A stretch of 64,000 nucleotides of DNA from Methanomethylovorans hollandica DSM 15978 (GCF_000328665.1 NC_019977.1:310001-374000); one strand, 5' to 3'. Positions 40,850-51,575 are shown, numbered from the stretch's first letter. Notes: generated by a model from the sequence alone, not told the origin. Translations and numbers: made by a program.

Positions 40850-43027
40850 GTGGTAAATATGCCCTTTGAAAAACTATTCGAACCTGACAATATAGGGAAA
40901 TGCAAGTTGATGAACAGGATTGTCATGGCTCCTATAGGTAATATCAATATGGCCGATCCCATAGGCCGTCCTCTGGATAAAATGATAGAATATTTTATCG
41001 AGCGGGCAAAAGGCGGAGCAGGCCTTTTAATAACGGGTCTTGTGCCCGTTTCTTTTGGGATTGATCCCACAGTATCTGAAGATAATCATACTACTTATTT
41101 ACCACGCATCGATGGTACTTCACGTACCCGTCTTTCAGGTTGGAGGGATCTTACCGCCGGAGTACATCCTTACGGGTCAAAGATCTTCATCCAGCTTAGT
41201 GCAGGCCTTGGGAGGGTCGGTTCTCCTGAGCCGGCGCTAAAGGGAAAGATTCTCAGATCATCTTCATGGAACCGGAACTTCTATGTACCTCAGATCCCTC
41301 ATGCTCCATTTTCTGACAGAAGCATCAAAAAGATTGTAAGAAGCTTTGGTCAATGTGCAGCTAACGCAAAATCTGCAGGCTTTGATGGCGTGCAGATACA
41401 CGGCCACGAAGGGTACCTAATGGATCAGCTGACCTCTTACCCATGGAACCGGAGAATATTTGGTCGGTATAAAGATAAGAATCAGTTTGGGATAGATGTT
41501 GTAAAGGAGATCAAAAAGCGCTGTGGAGATGATTTTCCAGTCCTTTATAGGATAGATCTGACCCAGGCTTTGCAGGAAACATATGGGGATGCGATATTCA
41601 GGAAACTTTTCCATGGTAAGGAAAGGACAATTGAGCAGGGTCTTGAATTTTGCAGGGTTCTTTATGAAGCCGGAGTTGACGCATTCGATGTGGATAAGGG
41701 CTGTTATGATAACTGGTTCTGGCCACATCCTCCTGCTTACTTTGATGATGCGATCTATGTTAAAGAGATGGCAGGCTTCTTAAAGGATTTCTTCCGCAGG
41801 GAAGACATTAATGCAAAAGTGATAGCTGTCGGAAAGATGGGTAAACCGGAGTGTGCCGAAGAAGTATTGGAAAAAGGCTGGGCAGATTTTGTAATGCTGG
41901 GCAGGCCACTACTGGCTGACCCCCACTGGCCTGCAAAGGTCAGGCAGGGCAGAACAAAGGAGATCATTCATTGTATTGGTGATCAGGAAGGATGCCTCGA
42001 ATCAATTAAAAAAGGAGGGCATCCCTGCTGTGCAGTGAATCCTTACACAGGCTTCGAGGAAAAGAAAAAACTGGTGAGAGCGGAAAAGATCAAGAAAGTC
42101 GCTGTCATAGGTGCCGGACCCGCAGGCTGTGAAGCTGCAATGACAGCTTTCAAAAGAGGACATGAAGTGACGCTTTTTGAAAAGAGTGGCAAAATAGGCG
42201 GACAGTTATACACAGCCAGCCAGCTTGCAATTAAGCACGATATTAAAAGGTATCTTGAAAACCTTGAATATCAAATGAGCTTATTGCAAAAAGAGGGTCT
42301 GAAAGTTGTGTTTAACACATATGTCAGGCCTGAAAACATAGGAAGCATGTTCGATGTGATAATATGCTGCACTGGACTCAGAAAAGTTATCCCTTCCATC
42401 GAAGGGCTGGATATGATCAGGAATCTGGAAGCCAGGGAGTTTCTTGATAAGGGCATGGAATTGCCTTCTGATGTGCATAACGTCCTTATTATCGGAGGGG
42501 GGATAATCGGCTGTGAGGTGGCCTATTCCCTTGCCTATGAAAAAGGTGTCAATGTCACTATAGTGGGAAAAAATGATGCATTGATGCCTGATACCGTAAT
42601 GGCTAACAGAGGTCAGATGTTGTGGATGATGTTTGGAGGAGGTTCTCCTTCAGGAAAGAAGGAAGACGCTCTTAAAGAGCCGATTACAGTATATAACGCT
42701 TCAAATGTCATCAGGTTCACAGAAAGCAAGGTTCATATTCTGGCAAATAGGGGCAGAGGCGATCCTTACACACCATGGAAGGCACTGATTCCTTCAAATG
42801 TTAAAAATCCATTCAACAGAAAACTTGATCCAGATAATGTAGAGGAATTAACTCTGGATACAGACATGGTAATAATAGCAACCGGAGCACAAGCCGATGA
42901 TTCGCTTTACTATAGGCTTCTACAAGAGAAGGCAGCAGATGAAATATACTCCGCAGGAGATGCAAAAGAGCCTGGCAGGGTATGGGAGGCCATCACGGGA
43001 GCTAACGAGATTGCAAGGAATATATGA
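40850..43027 (+). CDS. NADH:flavin oxidoreductase / 2-enoate reductase-like (OYE barrel + Fe-S + FAD/NAD domains)
   Basis: NRIVMAP, ERAKGGAGL, AGFDGVQIHGHEGYL, LGRPLLADP, CIGDQEGC...CAVNP, IGAGPAG, IGGGIIG. Confidence 0.88.
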   Translation: MVNMPFEKLFEPDNIGKCKLMNRIVMAPIGNINMADPIGRPLDKMIEYFIERAKGGAGLLITGLVPVSFGIDPTVSEDNHTTYLPRIDGTSRTRLSGWRDLTAGVHPYGSKIFIQLSAGLGRVGSPEPALKGKILRSSSWNRNFYVPQIPHAPFSDRSIKKIVRSFGQCAANAKSAGFDGVQIHGHEGYLMDQLTSYPWNRRIFGRYKDKNQFGIDVVKEIKKRCGDDFPVLYRIDLTQALQETYGDAIFRKLFHGKERTIEQGLEFCRVLYEAGVDAFDVDKGCYDNWFWPHPPAYFDDAIYVKEMAGFLKDFFRREDINAKVIAVGKMGKPECAEEVLEKGWADFVMLGRPLLADPHWPAKVRQGRTKEIIHCIGDQEGCLESIKKGGHPCCAVNPYTGFEEKKKLVRAEKIKKVAVIGAGPAGCEAAMTAFKRGHEVTLFEKSGKIGGQLYTASQLAIKHDIKRYLENLEYQMSLLQKEGLKVVFNTYVRPENIGSMFDVIICCTGLRKVIPSIEGLDMIRNLEAREFLDKGMELPSDVHNVLIIGGGIIGCEVAYSLAYEKGVNVTIVGKNDALMPDTVMANRGQMLWMMFGGGSPSGKKEDALKEPITVYNASNVIRFTESKVHILANRGRGDPYTPWKALIPSNVKNPFNRKLDPDNVEELTLDTDMVIIATGAQADDSLYYRLLQEKAADEIYSAGDAKEPGRVWEAITGANEIARNI

Positions 43028-43242
43028 AATAGCTATCAGAAAGCGTGAGATACTTTATTTGGACCCCAATTTTCTCCTTTTTATTGCTTTTGCCCAAAAT
43101 ACCATCTGTTTTTTGTGCCCGTTATATTCATGTTTTTGATTTTATCAACTGCATTGTTTTGCATTCAGCCTAGATTTTTTGACGCCCAATGGTTTCAGAA
43201 TATACACCCATAAAAATTCACAATTTCAATGAGGAATTCAGT

Positions 43243-43291
43243 ATTGATAATAATGATATCATTGGCTGATAACCATGAGTTATTATATATA
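43243..43291 (+). promoter_or_regulatory. Promoter of the corrinoid gene with conserved upstream motif
   Basis: ATTGATAATAAT (43243-43254), 22 nt, then GAGTTATTATATATA; same motif and spacing recur at 54907-54859 on the minus strand. Confidence 0.65.
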
Positions 43292-43444
43292 CGTATACCA
43301 GAATATGTGTTTTGTTGATAAGTGGCTTGCCATTTTATTGACCTGAAATATGCTTGTCAGATATATGGCCAAAAGCGGAGAAAGTGAAGAAGCCAACATG
43401 CTTCGCATTAATGGCCATTATTAAATGGAATATGGAGGCATTCT

Positions 43445-44110
43445 ATGGAAGAAAGTGAAATACTCAACGGATTAACGGATGCGGTAGTCAATGGGAAGAA
43501 GGATCTGGCTGTCGAGCTGGCAAACCAGGCACTTGCAGCAGGCATTCCTCCTTACAAGGCAATCATCGAAGGCCTTGCAGCAGGCATGGAGATCATGGGA
43601 AAGAAGTACGACTGTAAACAGGCATTTATACCACACCTCCTGATGGCATCCAATGCAATGTATGGTGGAATGGATGTACTTACTCCTCATATGAAAGCTG
43701 AAGATGACTCAAAGAGAGCAGTCCTTGTAATCGGTTCTGCAGAAGGGGATGTACATGACATCGGCAAGAACCTTGTTAAGACCATGATGAGTGCAATGGG
43801 CTTTGAAGCGATCGACCTGGGCAAGGATGTTCCAATTGGTAAATTTGCTGAAGCTGCAATCGAGCACAAGGCAGATGTCGTATCTATAAGCACACTAATG
43901 ACCTCCACAATGGATAATATGGAGAAAACAGTAAAGAGCTTCTCAGAGAAGGGCATCAGGGACAAGGTCAAGATCATTGTTGGCGGAGCACCTATAACAG
44001 CTGACTATGCAGCAGAGATTGGAGCAGATGCATCCAAGAAGGATGCAATGGAAGCTGCAAAGTGGGCCAAGGAAGCCTTACAAGGCCTTCCTGACAACAG
44101 GTGGAACTAA
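43445..44110 (+). CDS. Methyltransferase cognate corrinoid protein (MtaC/MtbC/MttC family)
   Basis: B12-binding EGDVHDIGKNLV, SISTLMT, IIVGGAP; N-terminal cap domain. Confidence 0.93.
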   Translation: MEESEILNGLTDAVVNGKKDLAVELANQALAAGIPPYKAIIEGLAAGMEIMGKKYDCKQAFIPHLLMASNAMYGGMDVLTPHMKAEDDSKRAVLVIGSAEGDVHDIGKNLVKTMMSAMGFEAIDLGKDVPIGKFAEAAIEHKADVVSISTLMTSTMDNMEKTVKSFSEKGIRDKVKIIVGGAPITADYAAEIGADASKKDAMEAAKWAKEALQGLPDNRWN

Positions 44111-44121
44111 AGCAGATCAAA

Positions 44122-44170
44122 GGAATTTGCGGATCAATTGAAATCATCCGCATATTCCTGATTTTTTTAT
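44122..44170 (+). terminator. Hairpin plus T-tract after the corrinoid gene
   Basis: GGAATTTGCGGAT...ATCCGCATATTCC followed by TTTTTTT. Confidence 0.55.
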
Positions 44171-44332
44171 ATCATCAAAACAAAAAGATATTCCTCAGGA
44201 ACCGAGGCACGTTTCAGGAATGAACGCTACCTTCCTGTGGAATACTTACCTAAAAAGCCTGTAATTAGTAACCCTACGTAAGGCCAGGCTTCACTACCCC
44301 ATCAATATAAATTATTACAGGAGTTTGCTTAA

Positions 44333-45349
44333 ATGGTAACATACACGCCAAAAGAGAGATTGGCACGCGCACTTACAGGAAAACCTGTTGACAGGATGCC
44401 AGCAATCTCTGTCACACAGACCGGAACTGTAGAACAGATGGAAGCAGTTGGGGCATTCTGGCCAGAAGCCAACGATAATGCAGAAGTCATGGCAAAGTTA
44501 GCAGAAGCAGGTCACACAATAATCGGTTTCGAAGCTGTACGTGTCCCCTTCGACATCAGCGCAGAAGCTGAGTTCTTCGGCTGCGGCATCAAACCAGGTA
44601 CAAAAGAACAACAGCCATCCGTGACTAGCCATTGCGTAAAGGACATGTCAGATATCGAGAGGCTTAAGGACTTCGACATCAATCGGGGCAGAGTAGCTAC
44701 TATCTGTAAAGCGATCAAGATCCTCGCAGATAAATATGGCACAAAAATACCTGTCATGGCAAGTATGCTCGGCCCATTCTCCCTTGCACAGCACATGAAC
44801 GGTGATGACTGGTTCATGGCAATCATGACAGATGAGGATTTTGCAACGGCACTAATGAACCTTGCAACAGAGTTTAACATCACATATGCAAAGAAGATGG
44901 TAGAGAACGGTGCAGACACAATGGTCATCATCGACCCCACAGCAAGTGCAATGCTCATTGGTGATGCATATTATGAAAAATATGTAGTTCCTGCGCACAA
45001 GAGGATAGTCGATGCAATGCACGAATTGAACGTACCGGTAGTACTCCATATATGTGGTGACACTACGATGAGTATCGAGCTCATGGAGTCATCAGGTGTC
45101 GATGGCATCAGTATAGACCAAAGCGTAGATGTTGCGACCGCAAAGAGCAAGGTCAAAAAGGCAGTTATAGTTGGTAACCTGGACCCTGTGAATGTGCTCT
45201 GGAACAAGACACCTGAGTTCATCAAAGAGAAGTCAAAGGAAGTCCTTGATGCAGGAGTCTCATTGCTCGCGCCAGGTTGTGGTATTGTCAGCAAGACGCC
45301 AAATGCCAACCTGCAGACAATGGTGGAGATGGCAAGGAATCATAAATAA
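44333..45349 (+). CDS. mtbA: Methylcobamide:coenzyme M methyltransferase (MT2), MtbA-like
   Basis: TPKERL...[54 protein letters not shown]; closely follows the MtbA pattern. Confidence 0.88.
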   Translation: MVTYTPKERLARALTGKPVDRMPAISVTQTGTVEQMEAVGAFWPEANDNAEVMAKLAEAGHTIIGFEAVRVPFDISAEAEFFGCGIKPGTKEQQPSVTSHCVKDMSDIERLKDFDINRGRVATICKAIKILADKYGTKIPVMASMLGPFSLAQHMNGDDWFMAIMTDEDFATALMNLATEFNITYAKKMVENGADTMVIIDPTASAMLIGDAYYEKYVVPAHKRIVDAMHELNVPVVLHICGDTTMSIELMESSGVDGISIDQSVDVATAKSKVKKAVIVGNLDPVNVLWNKTPEFIKEKSKEVLDAGVSLLAPGCGIVSKTPNANLQTMVEMARNHK

Positions 45350-45354
45350 TTACT

Positions 45355-45414
45355 AAAGCTCCGGGCTGGTTCATTCAGGTTTTTGGCTGCCAACTGCCCC
45401 GGAGTTTGTTTTTG
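45355..45414 (+). terminator. Hairpin plus T-rich tract after mtbA
   Basis: AAAGCTCCGGG...CCCGGAGTTT followed by GTTTTT. Confidence 0.5.
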
Positions 45415-45582
45415 GGATCCGGAGGAGATAAGATTTGATAAGATCTGTTCATTTTTGTTTTTATCAGAATATCTGCCTCTATCCATCCCTGGTCGGCGAA
45501 ACTCATTGACTTTTTATGAACAGCACATCTCAAACATCTGAAAATATCAAAATGCAAATTGCACCCTGAAGTAGTGATTTGA

Positions 45583-46434
45583 ATGTTATCGAAAGTGATA
45601 AGACAAATACCACAAAAAAAAGAAATAATTAATTCAAATATGCCACTTTTTCATTCCTTAAGCATATTTCTAGAAAAGAAAAGCCATTTACTTCTTAACA
45701 ATGTGTGGTACTTTGCTGTATTCATGCTCACAGTTATAGTTGGTATTCTGTTATTCTACAGACACACAGAGAATGAGATCATACCTGCTTTCATACTTGG
45801 GGCCCTATGGTTACTTTTCTGGAACAACAGCATGCTTAAAGGACGTATGCTCCTGGTGATAGCCTCGGTTTTCGGGTACGTTCATGAGCTATTGGGTGTT
45901 CAGCATGGCTATTTTACGTATCTTGGCGGAGCTATAGGTGGTGCTCCTATATGGCTCATCCCGGGTTACGGCGCAATATTCTGGTCATCCTACAATCTTT
46001 GGAAGATATTCCAGGAAAGATACTCTCAAAAGACATGGTTCCACAGGGTCAACTACTTCATATTTGGAACTGTTGCTTTACTGATACTTACAGACTACAT
46101 TATGTTCGATCTGTCTGCACAAACAGTTGGAATATTGCTTAAACTATTCCTTGCACTAATGCTGTTTATTAACCTTGAAGGCATCAGGCTTGCGTATTTC
46201 ACAGGTTTCTTCACTGTTCTTACAGAATTTACAGGGGAGATGCTTGGAACATGGAGTCACCCGGATTTCTCATTGATCTCCCTGATGGCAGGATATGTGT
46301 TCCTTCTATGGATTTGTATTACGCTAAGTGATATTATTAAAAGAAGAAAGGAATGGGGAAAAATTGAAGGCATGTCGGCTTTTGCTCTTACATCCTTCTA
46401 CATATTGTTATTACTTGGAATAGTAGCTGTCTGA
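45583..46434 (+). CDS. Multi-pass membrane protein of unknown function
   Basis: About 8 hydrophobic segments; two similar halves (E.LG...G.F.Y / E..G...G.W.H). Start is uncertain. Confidence 0.7.
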   Translation: MLSKVIRQIPQKKEIINSNMPLFHSLSIFLEKKSHLLLNNVWYFAVFMLTVIVGILLFYRHTENEIIPAFILGALWLLFWNNSMLKGRMLLVIASVFGYVHELLGVQHGYFTYLGGAIGGAPIWLIPGYGAIFWSSYNLWKIFQERYSQKTWFHRVNYFIFGTVALLILTDYIMFDLSAQTVGILLKLFLALMLFINLEGIRLAYFTGFFTVLTEFTGEMLGTWSHPDFSLISLMAGYVFLLWICITLSDIIKRRKEWGKIEGMSAFALTSFYILLLLGIVAV

Positions 46435-46475
46435 ACAAGAAGTATCTAAATAAGTGTACACAAAGATGAAATGTC

Positions 46476-47885
46476 ATGCATCATGAGATCAAACGAGTGT
46501 TCTGCCTTCAGCAGGAAAAGTGGCCACAACTGGCACGTCTGGGAGTCTCCGAGAGAATCGAGAGATTGATGCGTATTGACAAATATCTCCGGGATGAAAG
46601 GCATCTTCTTGAATTGTACCAGGCAATGTTCATGGATCTGCATAAACCCGAAGTAGAAGTAATTGCTACAGAAGTGGGTATAGTTCAGGCTCAGATATCT
46701 TACATAAAAAAACATCTGAGCAATTGGATGCGACCACGTAAGGTGCCCACACCCCTGCCTCTTATCGGTACACGCTCTTTTACCCGGTATGAACCCAAGG
46801 GAGTGATACTCATCATGTCTCCCTGGAACTTCCCCCTTAATCTTTCCCTGGTGCCCCTTGTCTATGCGATAGCTGCCGGTAACGCGGTCATACTCAAGCC
46901 CAGCGAAATCTCATCCCATACCTCTGCATTTATAAAGCATATGATGGACGAGCTCTTCCCTGAGAGCGAAGTTATGGTTTTCGAAGGCGATGCTTCTGTT
47001 GCCAGTTCACTTCTTGAGCAGCCATTCAACCACATATTTTTCACGGGCAGTCCCAGGGTCGGAAAACTCGTCATGACAGCAGCTGCCAAGCACTTGTCCG
47101 GAGTTACTCTGGAGCTGGGGGGAAAATCACCTGCTATTATAGATGAGACCGCTGATATCAGCCTTATAGCTAGACGTGTTGCCTGGGCCAAGTGTGTCAA
47201 CAACGGACAGACCTGTATAACTCCCGATTATTTACTTCTCCATGAATCAGTGTGTGATTCTTTCATCCATGAATTCGGTGCTGCTGTTAAGCAGTTATAC
47301 GATCCTGAAGGTGAGGGAATAAAAAATTCTCCAGATTATTGTCGCATTATCAACGGTATGCACTTTAGACGGCTGAGATCCATTTATGATGATGCTATCT
47401 CTAAAGGTGCATGTTTATCCCTGGGAGGGGATTTCGATGAATCTGACCGTTTTATCTCTCCCACCCTGCTGGAAGGGGTAACTTGTGACATGAACATTAT
47501 GAATGAAGAAATTTTTGGCCCCCTATTGCCGATAATTACCTACAGGAACAGGAAGGAAGCCAAAGATATGATACGTCGCCTTCCAAACCCACTGACATTG
47601 TATATCGCCAGCCGGGACCAGGCTAATATAGACTATTTTATGGACGGTATATCTGCCGGAGGTACTGTGATCAATGACTACATGCTTGGTTACAGTAATC
47701 CGTCCTTGCCATTTGGGGGAATTAATAACAGTGGTATAGGCAGGTCATTAGGATTGCACTGCTTTGCAGGCTTTTCCAATGAGCGTAGCATCATACACCG
47801 CAGATGGGGCTCACTGAACATTATCTATCCACCATACAATGAGCGGGTCCTGAGATTGATCAACACACTTTACCGATGGATGTGA
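46476..47885 (+). CDS. Aldehyde dehydrogenase (ALDH3 / coniferyl- or fatty-aldehyde DH-like)
   Basis: PWNFP, LKPSE, FFTGS, LELGGKSP, NGQTC, EEIFGP, LPFGG. Confidence 0.92.
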   Translation: MHHEIKRVFCLQQEKWPQLARLGVSERIERLMRIDKYLRDERHLLELYQAMFMDLHKPEVEVIATEVGIVQAQISYIKKHLSNWMRPRKVPTPLPLIGTRSFTRYEPKGVILIMSPWNFPLNLSLVPLVYAIAAGNAVILKPSEISSHTSAFIKHMMDELFPESEVMVFEGDASVASSLLEQPFNHIFFTGSPRVGKLVMTAAAKHLSGVTLELGGKSPAIIDETADISLIARRVAWAKCVNNGQTCITPDYLLLHESVCDSFIHEFGAAVKQLYDPEGEGIKNSPDYCRIINGMHFRRLRSIYDDAISKGACLSLGGDFDESDRFISPTLLEGVTCDMNIMNEEIFGPLLPIITYRNRKEAKDMIRRLPNPLTLYIASRDQANIDYFMDGISAGGTVINDYMLGYSNPSLPFGGINNSGIGRSLGLHCFAGFSNERSIIHRRWGSLNIIYPPYNERVLRLINTLYRWM

Positions 47886-47907
47886 GGAAAGCAGGAGTTA
47901 CCTTATA

Positions 47908-48711
47908 ATGAAAGATAACAGAAAGACGATGCTGATAACTGGCGGCTCCGGCGGAATTGGAATTGAGCTTGGAAAAATTTTTGCATCCGCTGGCTATCAC
48001 CTGGTGTTGGTAGCTCTGCCTGGCGATGACATGCAACAAGCAAAGAACATACTTCAGGATCTCAATCCATTTATTAATATACTTTTGCTGAAAAAGGATC
48101 TTTCCATTCACGGAGCAGCTACGGAGGTTTATGAGTTCACCCAAAGCCATAAACTAACAGTGAATGTATTGGTCAACTGTGCCGGATTTGGCACTTACGG
48201 TCATGTCAATGAAATATGCATTGACAGAGAACTCGCGATGATACAGCTCAATACCAGTACTCTCTACCACCTTACAAGACTTTATCTGCGGGATATGATC
48301 GAAAGGGATGAGGGTCAGATCATTAATATGTCCTCTATCTCAGCTTTTCAGCCCAATCCATCTTTTGCAACCTACGGCGCCTGTAAGAGCTTTGTGCTGA
48401 ACTTCAGTAGGGCCTTAAATTATGAATTACATGAGCGTGGGTCTAGGGTAAGAGTTTTGGCCGTTTGCCCTACTGCTGTCAAAGACACAGGTTTCCAGGT
48501 AACAGCCGGAATGGAGCATGCCAGAGCATTCAGTTCTTTTATGGCTACGACATCTGCAACTGTAGCCCGTGATACATACGAAGCTATGAAGCAAGGCAGG
48601 GATGTGGTAATCCCCGGAAGAGGACTTGGTTTTGGACATGCCCTGGTAAACCTCCTTCCTGCAAGCTGGAAGATGCGCATTTCTAAATATCAGTTGCAAG
48701 AGACCTTGTAG
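47908..48711 (+). CDS. Short-chain dehydrogenase/reductase
   Basis: TGGSGGIG, NCAGFG, catalytic YGACK. Confidence 0.9.
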   Translation: MKDNRKTMLITGGSGGIGIELGKIFASAGYHLVLVALPGDDMQQAKNILQDLNPFINILLLKKDLSIHGAATEVYEFTQSHKLTVNVLVNCAGFGTYGHVNEICIDRELAMIQLNTSTLYHLTRLYLRDMIERDEGQIINMSSISAFQPNPSFATYGACKSFVLNFSRALNYELHERGSRVRVLAVCPTAVKDTGFQVTAGMEHARAFSSFMATTSATVARDTYEAMKQGRDVVIPGRGLGFGHALVNLLPASWKMRISKYQLQETL

Positions 48712-48756
48712 GTACAAAAGATTTTGCTACATATAAGTATAAGCAGGTGAAATAAG

Positions 48757-49479
48757 ATGATCATCATTGATGCTTCGTGCAATGAGAAAAGCAATTGTAT
48801 GCTATGCGGAAACGGGATAGTTCATTCATGTCGGGCAATTACTGCAAAATGCCACTACTGTGGCGTTGAAGAGGAAGCTTATATCCAATGTAAGGACGGA
48901 CATTATGTTTGCAATAACTGTCATTCACAGGATGCATTAAAAGTAATTGAGAACATCTGTTTGAACACCGACCTGCAGAATCCTGTTATTCTGGCTGAAA
49001 GGATCATGGAACATCCAAGTGTACATATGCATGGTCCTGAGCATCATGCACTGGTGCCTGCAGTACTTATAGCTGCTTACCAGAACTATACCGGAAAAAG
49101 GAAAGAAGAAGATATTTCAGAGGCTATTAAAAGAGGTAGCAAGGTCCCGGGAGGTTACTGCGGTATCTATGGTGCCTGCGGCGCAGGAATCGGGGTAGGT
49201 GTTGCTGTAAGTATCCTTTTAGGAGCTACACCCTTCACATCTTCCGAACGCTCCCAAGCAAACCGGGCAACATCTGGTGCTCTTCGATGCATTGCAGATG
49301 CAGGGGGAGTAAGATGCTGTAAAAAAGCAACTCGCATTTCTCTGAGGAAAGGAGTGGCATATCTGTCAGATGTTTTCGGCCTGATCTGGTATCAAAAACT
49401 CGACATGGGAATGAATTGTACTTATACAGATTTGAATAGGGAATGTGATGAGAATTGTGAATACAGGAACAAATCCTAA
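48757..49479 (+). CDS. Cys-rich DUF5714-like protein
   Basis: CMLCG, CHYCG, CKDGHYVCNNCH, MHGPEHH, PGGYCGIYGACGAG, RCCK. Confidence 0.75.
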   Translation: MIIIDASCNEKSNCMLCGNGIVHSCRAITAKCHYCGVEEEAYIQCKDGHYVCNNCHSQDALKVIENICLNTDLQNPVILAERIMEHPSVHMHGPEHHALVPAVLIAAYQNYTGKRKEEDISEAIKRGSKVPGGYCGIYGACGAGIGVGVAVSILLGATPFTSSERSQANRATSGALRCIADAGGVRCCKKATRISLRKGVAYLSDVFGLIWYQKLDMGMNCTYTDLNRECDENCEYRNKS

Positions 49480-49679
49480 ATGTGTAAAAGCTAGACCGAG
49501 CAGTGATCACTGGTCAAAGCATCAATCTGCCGAGTATGCGGGCTTTTTTCCCGGGACAGAAGCACGTATATCCCTCCCAGTTTGGGTCAGCAGGTAAATC
49601 CCATAAAATTATGTTGTCCGCAAAGATTAGACTTCTTTTTCTATACTTTTCAGTTTTTTATGTAGGATGTAATATTACT

Positions 49680-50372
49680 TCAGTCATTTTTCCGGAGAGC
49701 TACCCGGTAGAGCCTTTTTGGAAGAAGGCCTTCTTCGAATTCAGTAATATCTTCAGTTATGTACCCTTCGGAAATAAAGGCAATTTTTTCCCGGCTCAGG
49801 AAGTGTACTATAAATCCGCCCTGTATCTCCCACATATCCTCACTTATGTGGATGCCTGTTCGGTATTGAGGGTCCTGTGTATGTCTTGTGGTAAATACGT
49901 TCAGTCCCCCTGGCCTAAGGACTCTCTTGATTTCCGATGATAGTGCTCGGAGTTCTGAAATCTTCAAAGGCATGCAGTAAAGCATGTGGGAAAAGCATGC
50001 ATCAAATGTTGCATCCTCAAAAGGAAGCCTTTTCCTTACATCGTGTACTAAAGTTTTTATGGAGCCACGTAAGTGCTCGTTAACAGCTCTGGCTTTTATA
50101 TATTCGACTCCTTTTTCGCAGTAGTCCAGAGCAAATACCTCAAAACCATTTCTCGCAAAATAGAAAGTGTCCCTTCCCTGGCCAGCCCCGAGCTCAAGAA
50201 TCTTTATTTTGCCTTCATCCTTAAAAAGCTGGGCAGCCCACTGAGCCGGGCTGCTTGGTTCTTCGCCGAACATGGATTCATTGCATGAGAAAACACTCTC
50301 CCAGTGTTGCTGCTGCCTGTTAAGGTCCTTTTTGTCTACACCAGGTTCATTATGGTTCATTTTGTCATCCAT
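49680..50372 (-). CDS. Class I SAM-dependent methyltransferase
   Basis: ILELGAGQGRD, LPFEDATFDAC, RVLRPGG; last gene of the minus-strand run 54703-49680. Start approximate (track 50390). Confidence 0.85.
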   Translation of the reverse strand: MDDKMNHNEPGVDKKDLNRQQQHWESVFSCNESMFGEEPSSPAQWAAQLFKDEGKIKILELGAGQGRDTFYFARNGFEVFALDYCEKGVEYIKARAVNEHLRGSIKTLVHDVRKRLPFEDATFDACFSHMLYCMPLKISELRALSSEIKRVLRPGGLNVFTTRHTQDPQYRTGIHISEDMWEIQGGFIVHFLSREKIAFISEGYITEDITEFEEGLLPKRLYRVALRKND

Positions 50373-50402
50373 GCCCTTTAATGCACACACTATTTCAATT
50401 TT

Positions 50403-51539
50403 TCAGGAAGTCATTCTCTTTATGTCACTTATGCGCTGATCAAGACAGGCACCACAAGTACATGGCTCTTCAATGAGAGTTGTTATATCCCTTGTCCTGT
50501 AACGGATGAGGGGCATACATCTTCTCCTGAGGGTCGTGACAACAAGCTCTCCTTCCTCTCCTGGGAGCAACTGCTTTCCGGTTTTCGGGTCTATTATCTC
50601 CACCAGAAAATCAGGATTATTCAGATGGAAGCCATTCTGCTCTACACATTCGATGGCATTGGCCAGTCCCAGTTCGGTCATACCCCATTGTCTGAGGGTC
50701 TTGCATCCCCATACTTCCTCAATTTCTTTTCTCATGGAAGGTGTAAGGGGTTCGGATGAGCAGATGATACGCTTGATCCCAAGCTCACCTGGCTGTATAA
50801 GTTCACGGGCAGCCTTAGATAATTCGTACAAAAAGGAAGAAGTTCCTATAATAATAGTCGTGCCAGATTCTCTCATGGTCTTTATCTGTTCATCTGCATC
50901 AAGAGAATCATTGATAACAGAATTGTAGCCTGAGAGAGCGCAAGCCTTGCTCAGTACCAAACCAGGATCCCAGGTAGCTGTTATAGTTGGATACATTATC
51001 TGTAATGTATCATCCTTTGCATCCATTCCTGCCATCTTAAGACCAGATATCACCGAATCCACGATTTCCAGCAGCTCATGCTGGGTGTAAGCCATCCTCT
51101 TAAGCATGTTTGTGGTGCCGGAGCTTGTAAACTCCCTCACGATCTCCCTCCTTGATACACAAAGGAAATGATATGGATGATCAGCCAGTTGCTTCTGTTC
51201 GGTAAGTGGTAGATTCTTCAGATCTTCATACTTTGTGATCTGAGATGGGTTTATGCCAGTCTTTTCATACAGCTCCTTATAATAGGGGCTATTTTCCATG
51301 ACATACCCCATAAGTTCTCTGAACCTGAATAGTTTGTACTCATTGATGAGTTCCCTGTCAAGCTCCTGATTACCGAATAACTCTTTCAGTTCCTTGCTGT
51401 TCTTTATATCATTCCTGATCTTGGCCAGTCCCCATTGCTCCAAGGGATTCCCGGCACCACTTTCTATTTTACGGGACTCCAGTCTTCTCTTTGCTATATT
51501 CATTCTAACAGCAGTATTAATTTTTGCAGAAAGACTCAT
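50403..51539 (-). CDS. Phenylacetate-CoA ligase / F390 synthetase-like adenylate-forming enzyme (DVU_1553-like)
   Basis: FTSSGTT P-loop, WGMTE, GELVVTTL, PLIRYRTRD, CTCG; lacks the usual small C-terminal domain. Confidence 0.85.
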   Translation of the reverse strand: MSLSAKINTAVRMNIAKRRLESRKIESGAGNPLEQWGLAKIRNDIKNSKELKELFGNQELDRELINEYKLFRFRELMGYVMENSPYYKELYEKTGINPSQITKYEDLKNLPLTEQKQLADHPYHFLCVSRREIVREFTSSGTTNMLKRMAYTQHELLEIVDSVISGLKMAGMDAKDDTLQIMYPTITATWDPGLVLSKACALSGYNSVINDSLDADEQIKTMRESGTTIIIGTSSFLYELSKAARELIQPGELGIKRIICSSEPLTPSMRKEIEEVWGCKTLRQWGMTELGLANAIECVEQNGFHLNNPDFLVEIIDPKTGKQLLPGEEGELVVTTLRRRCMPLIRYRTRDITTLIEEPCTCGACLDQRISDIKRMTS

Positions 51540-51575
51540 ATCACTATTCCTGTTCTAATCATGAATGAAATGAAT

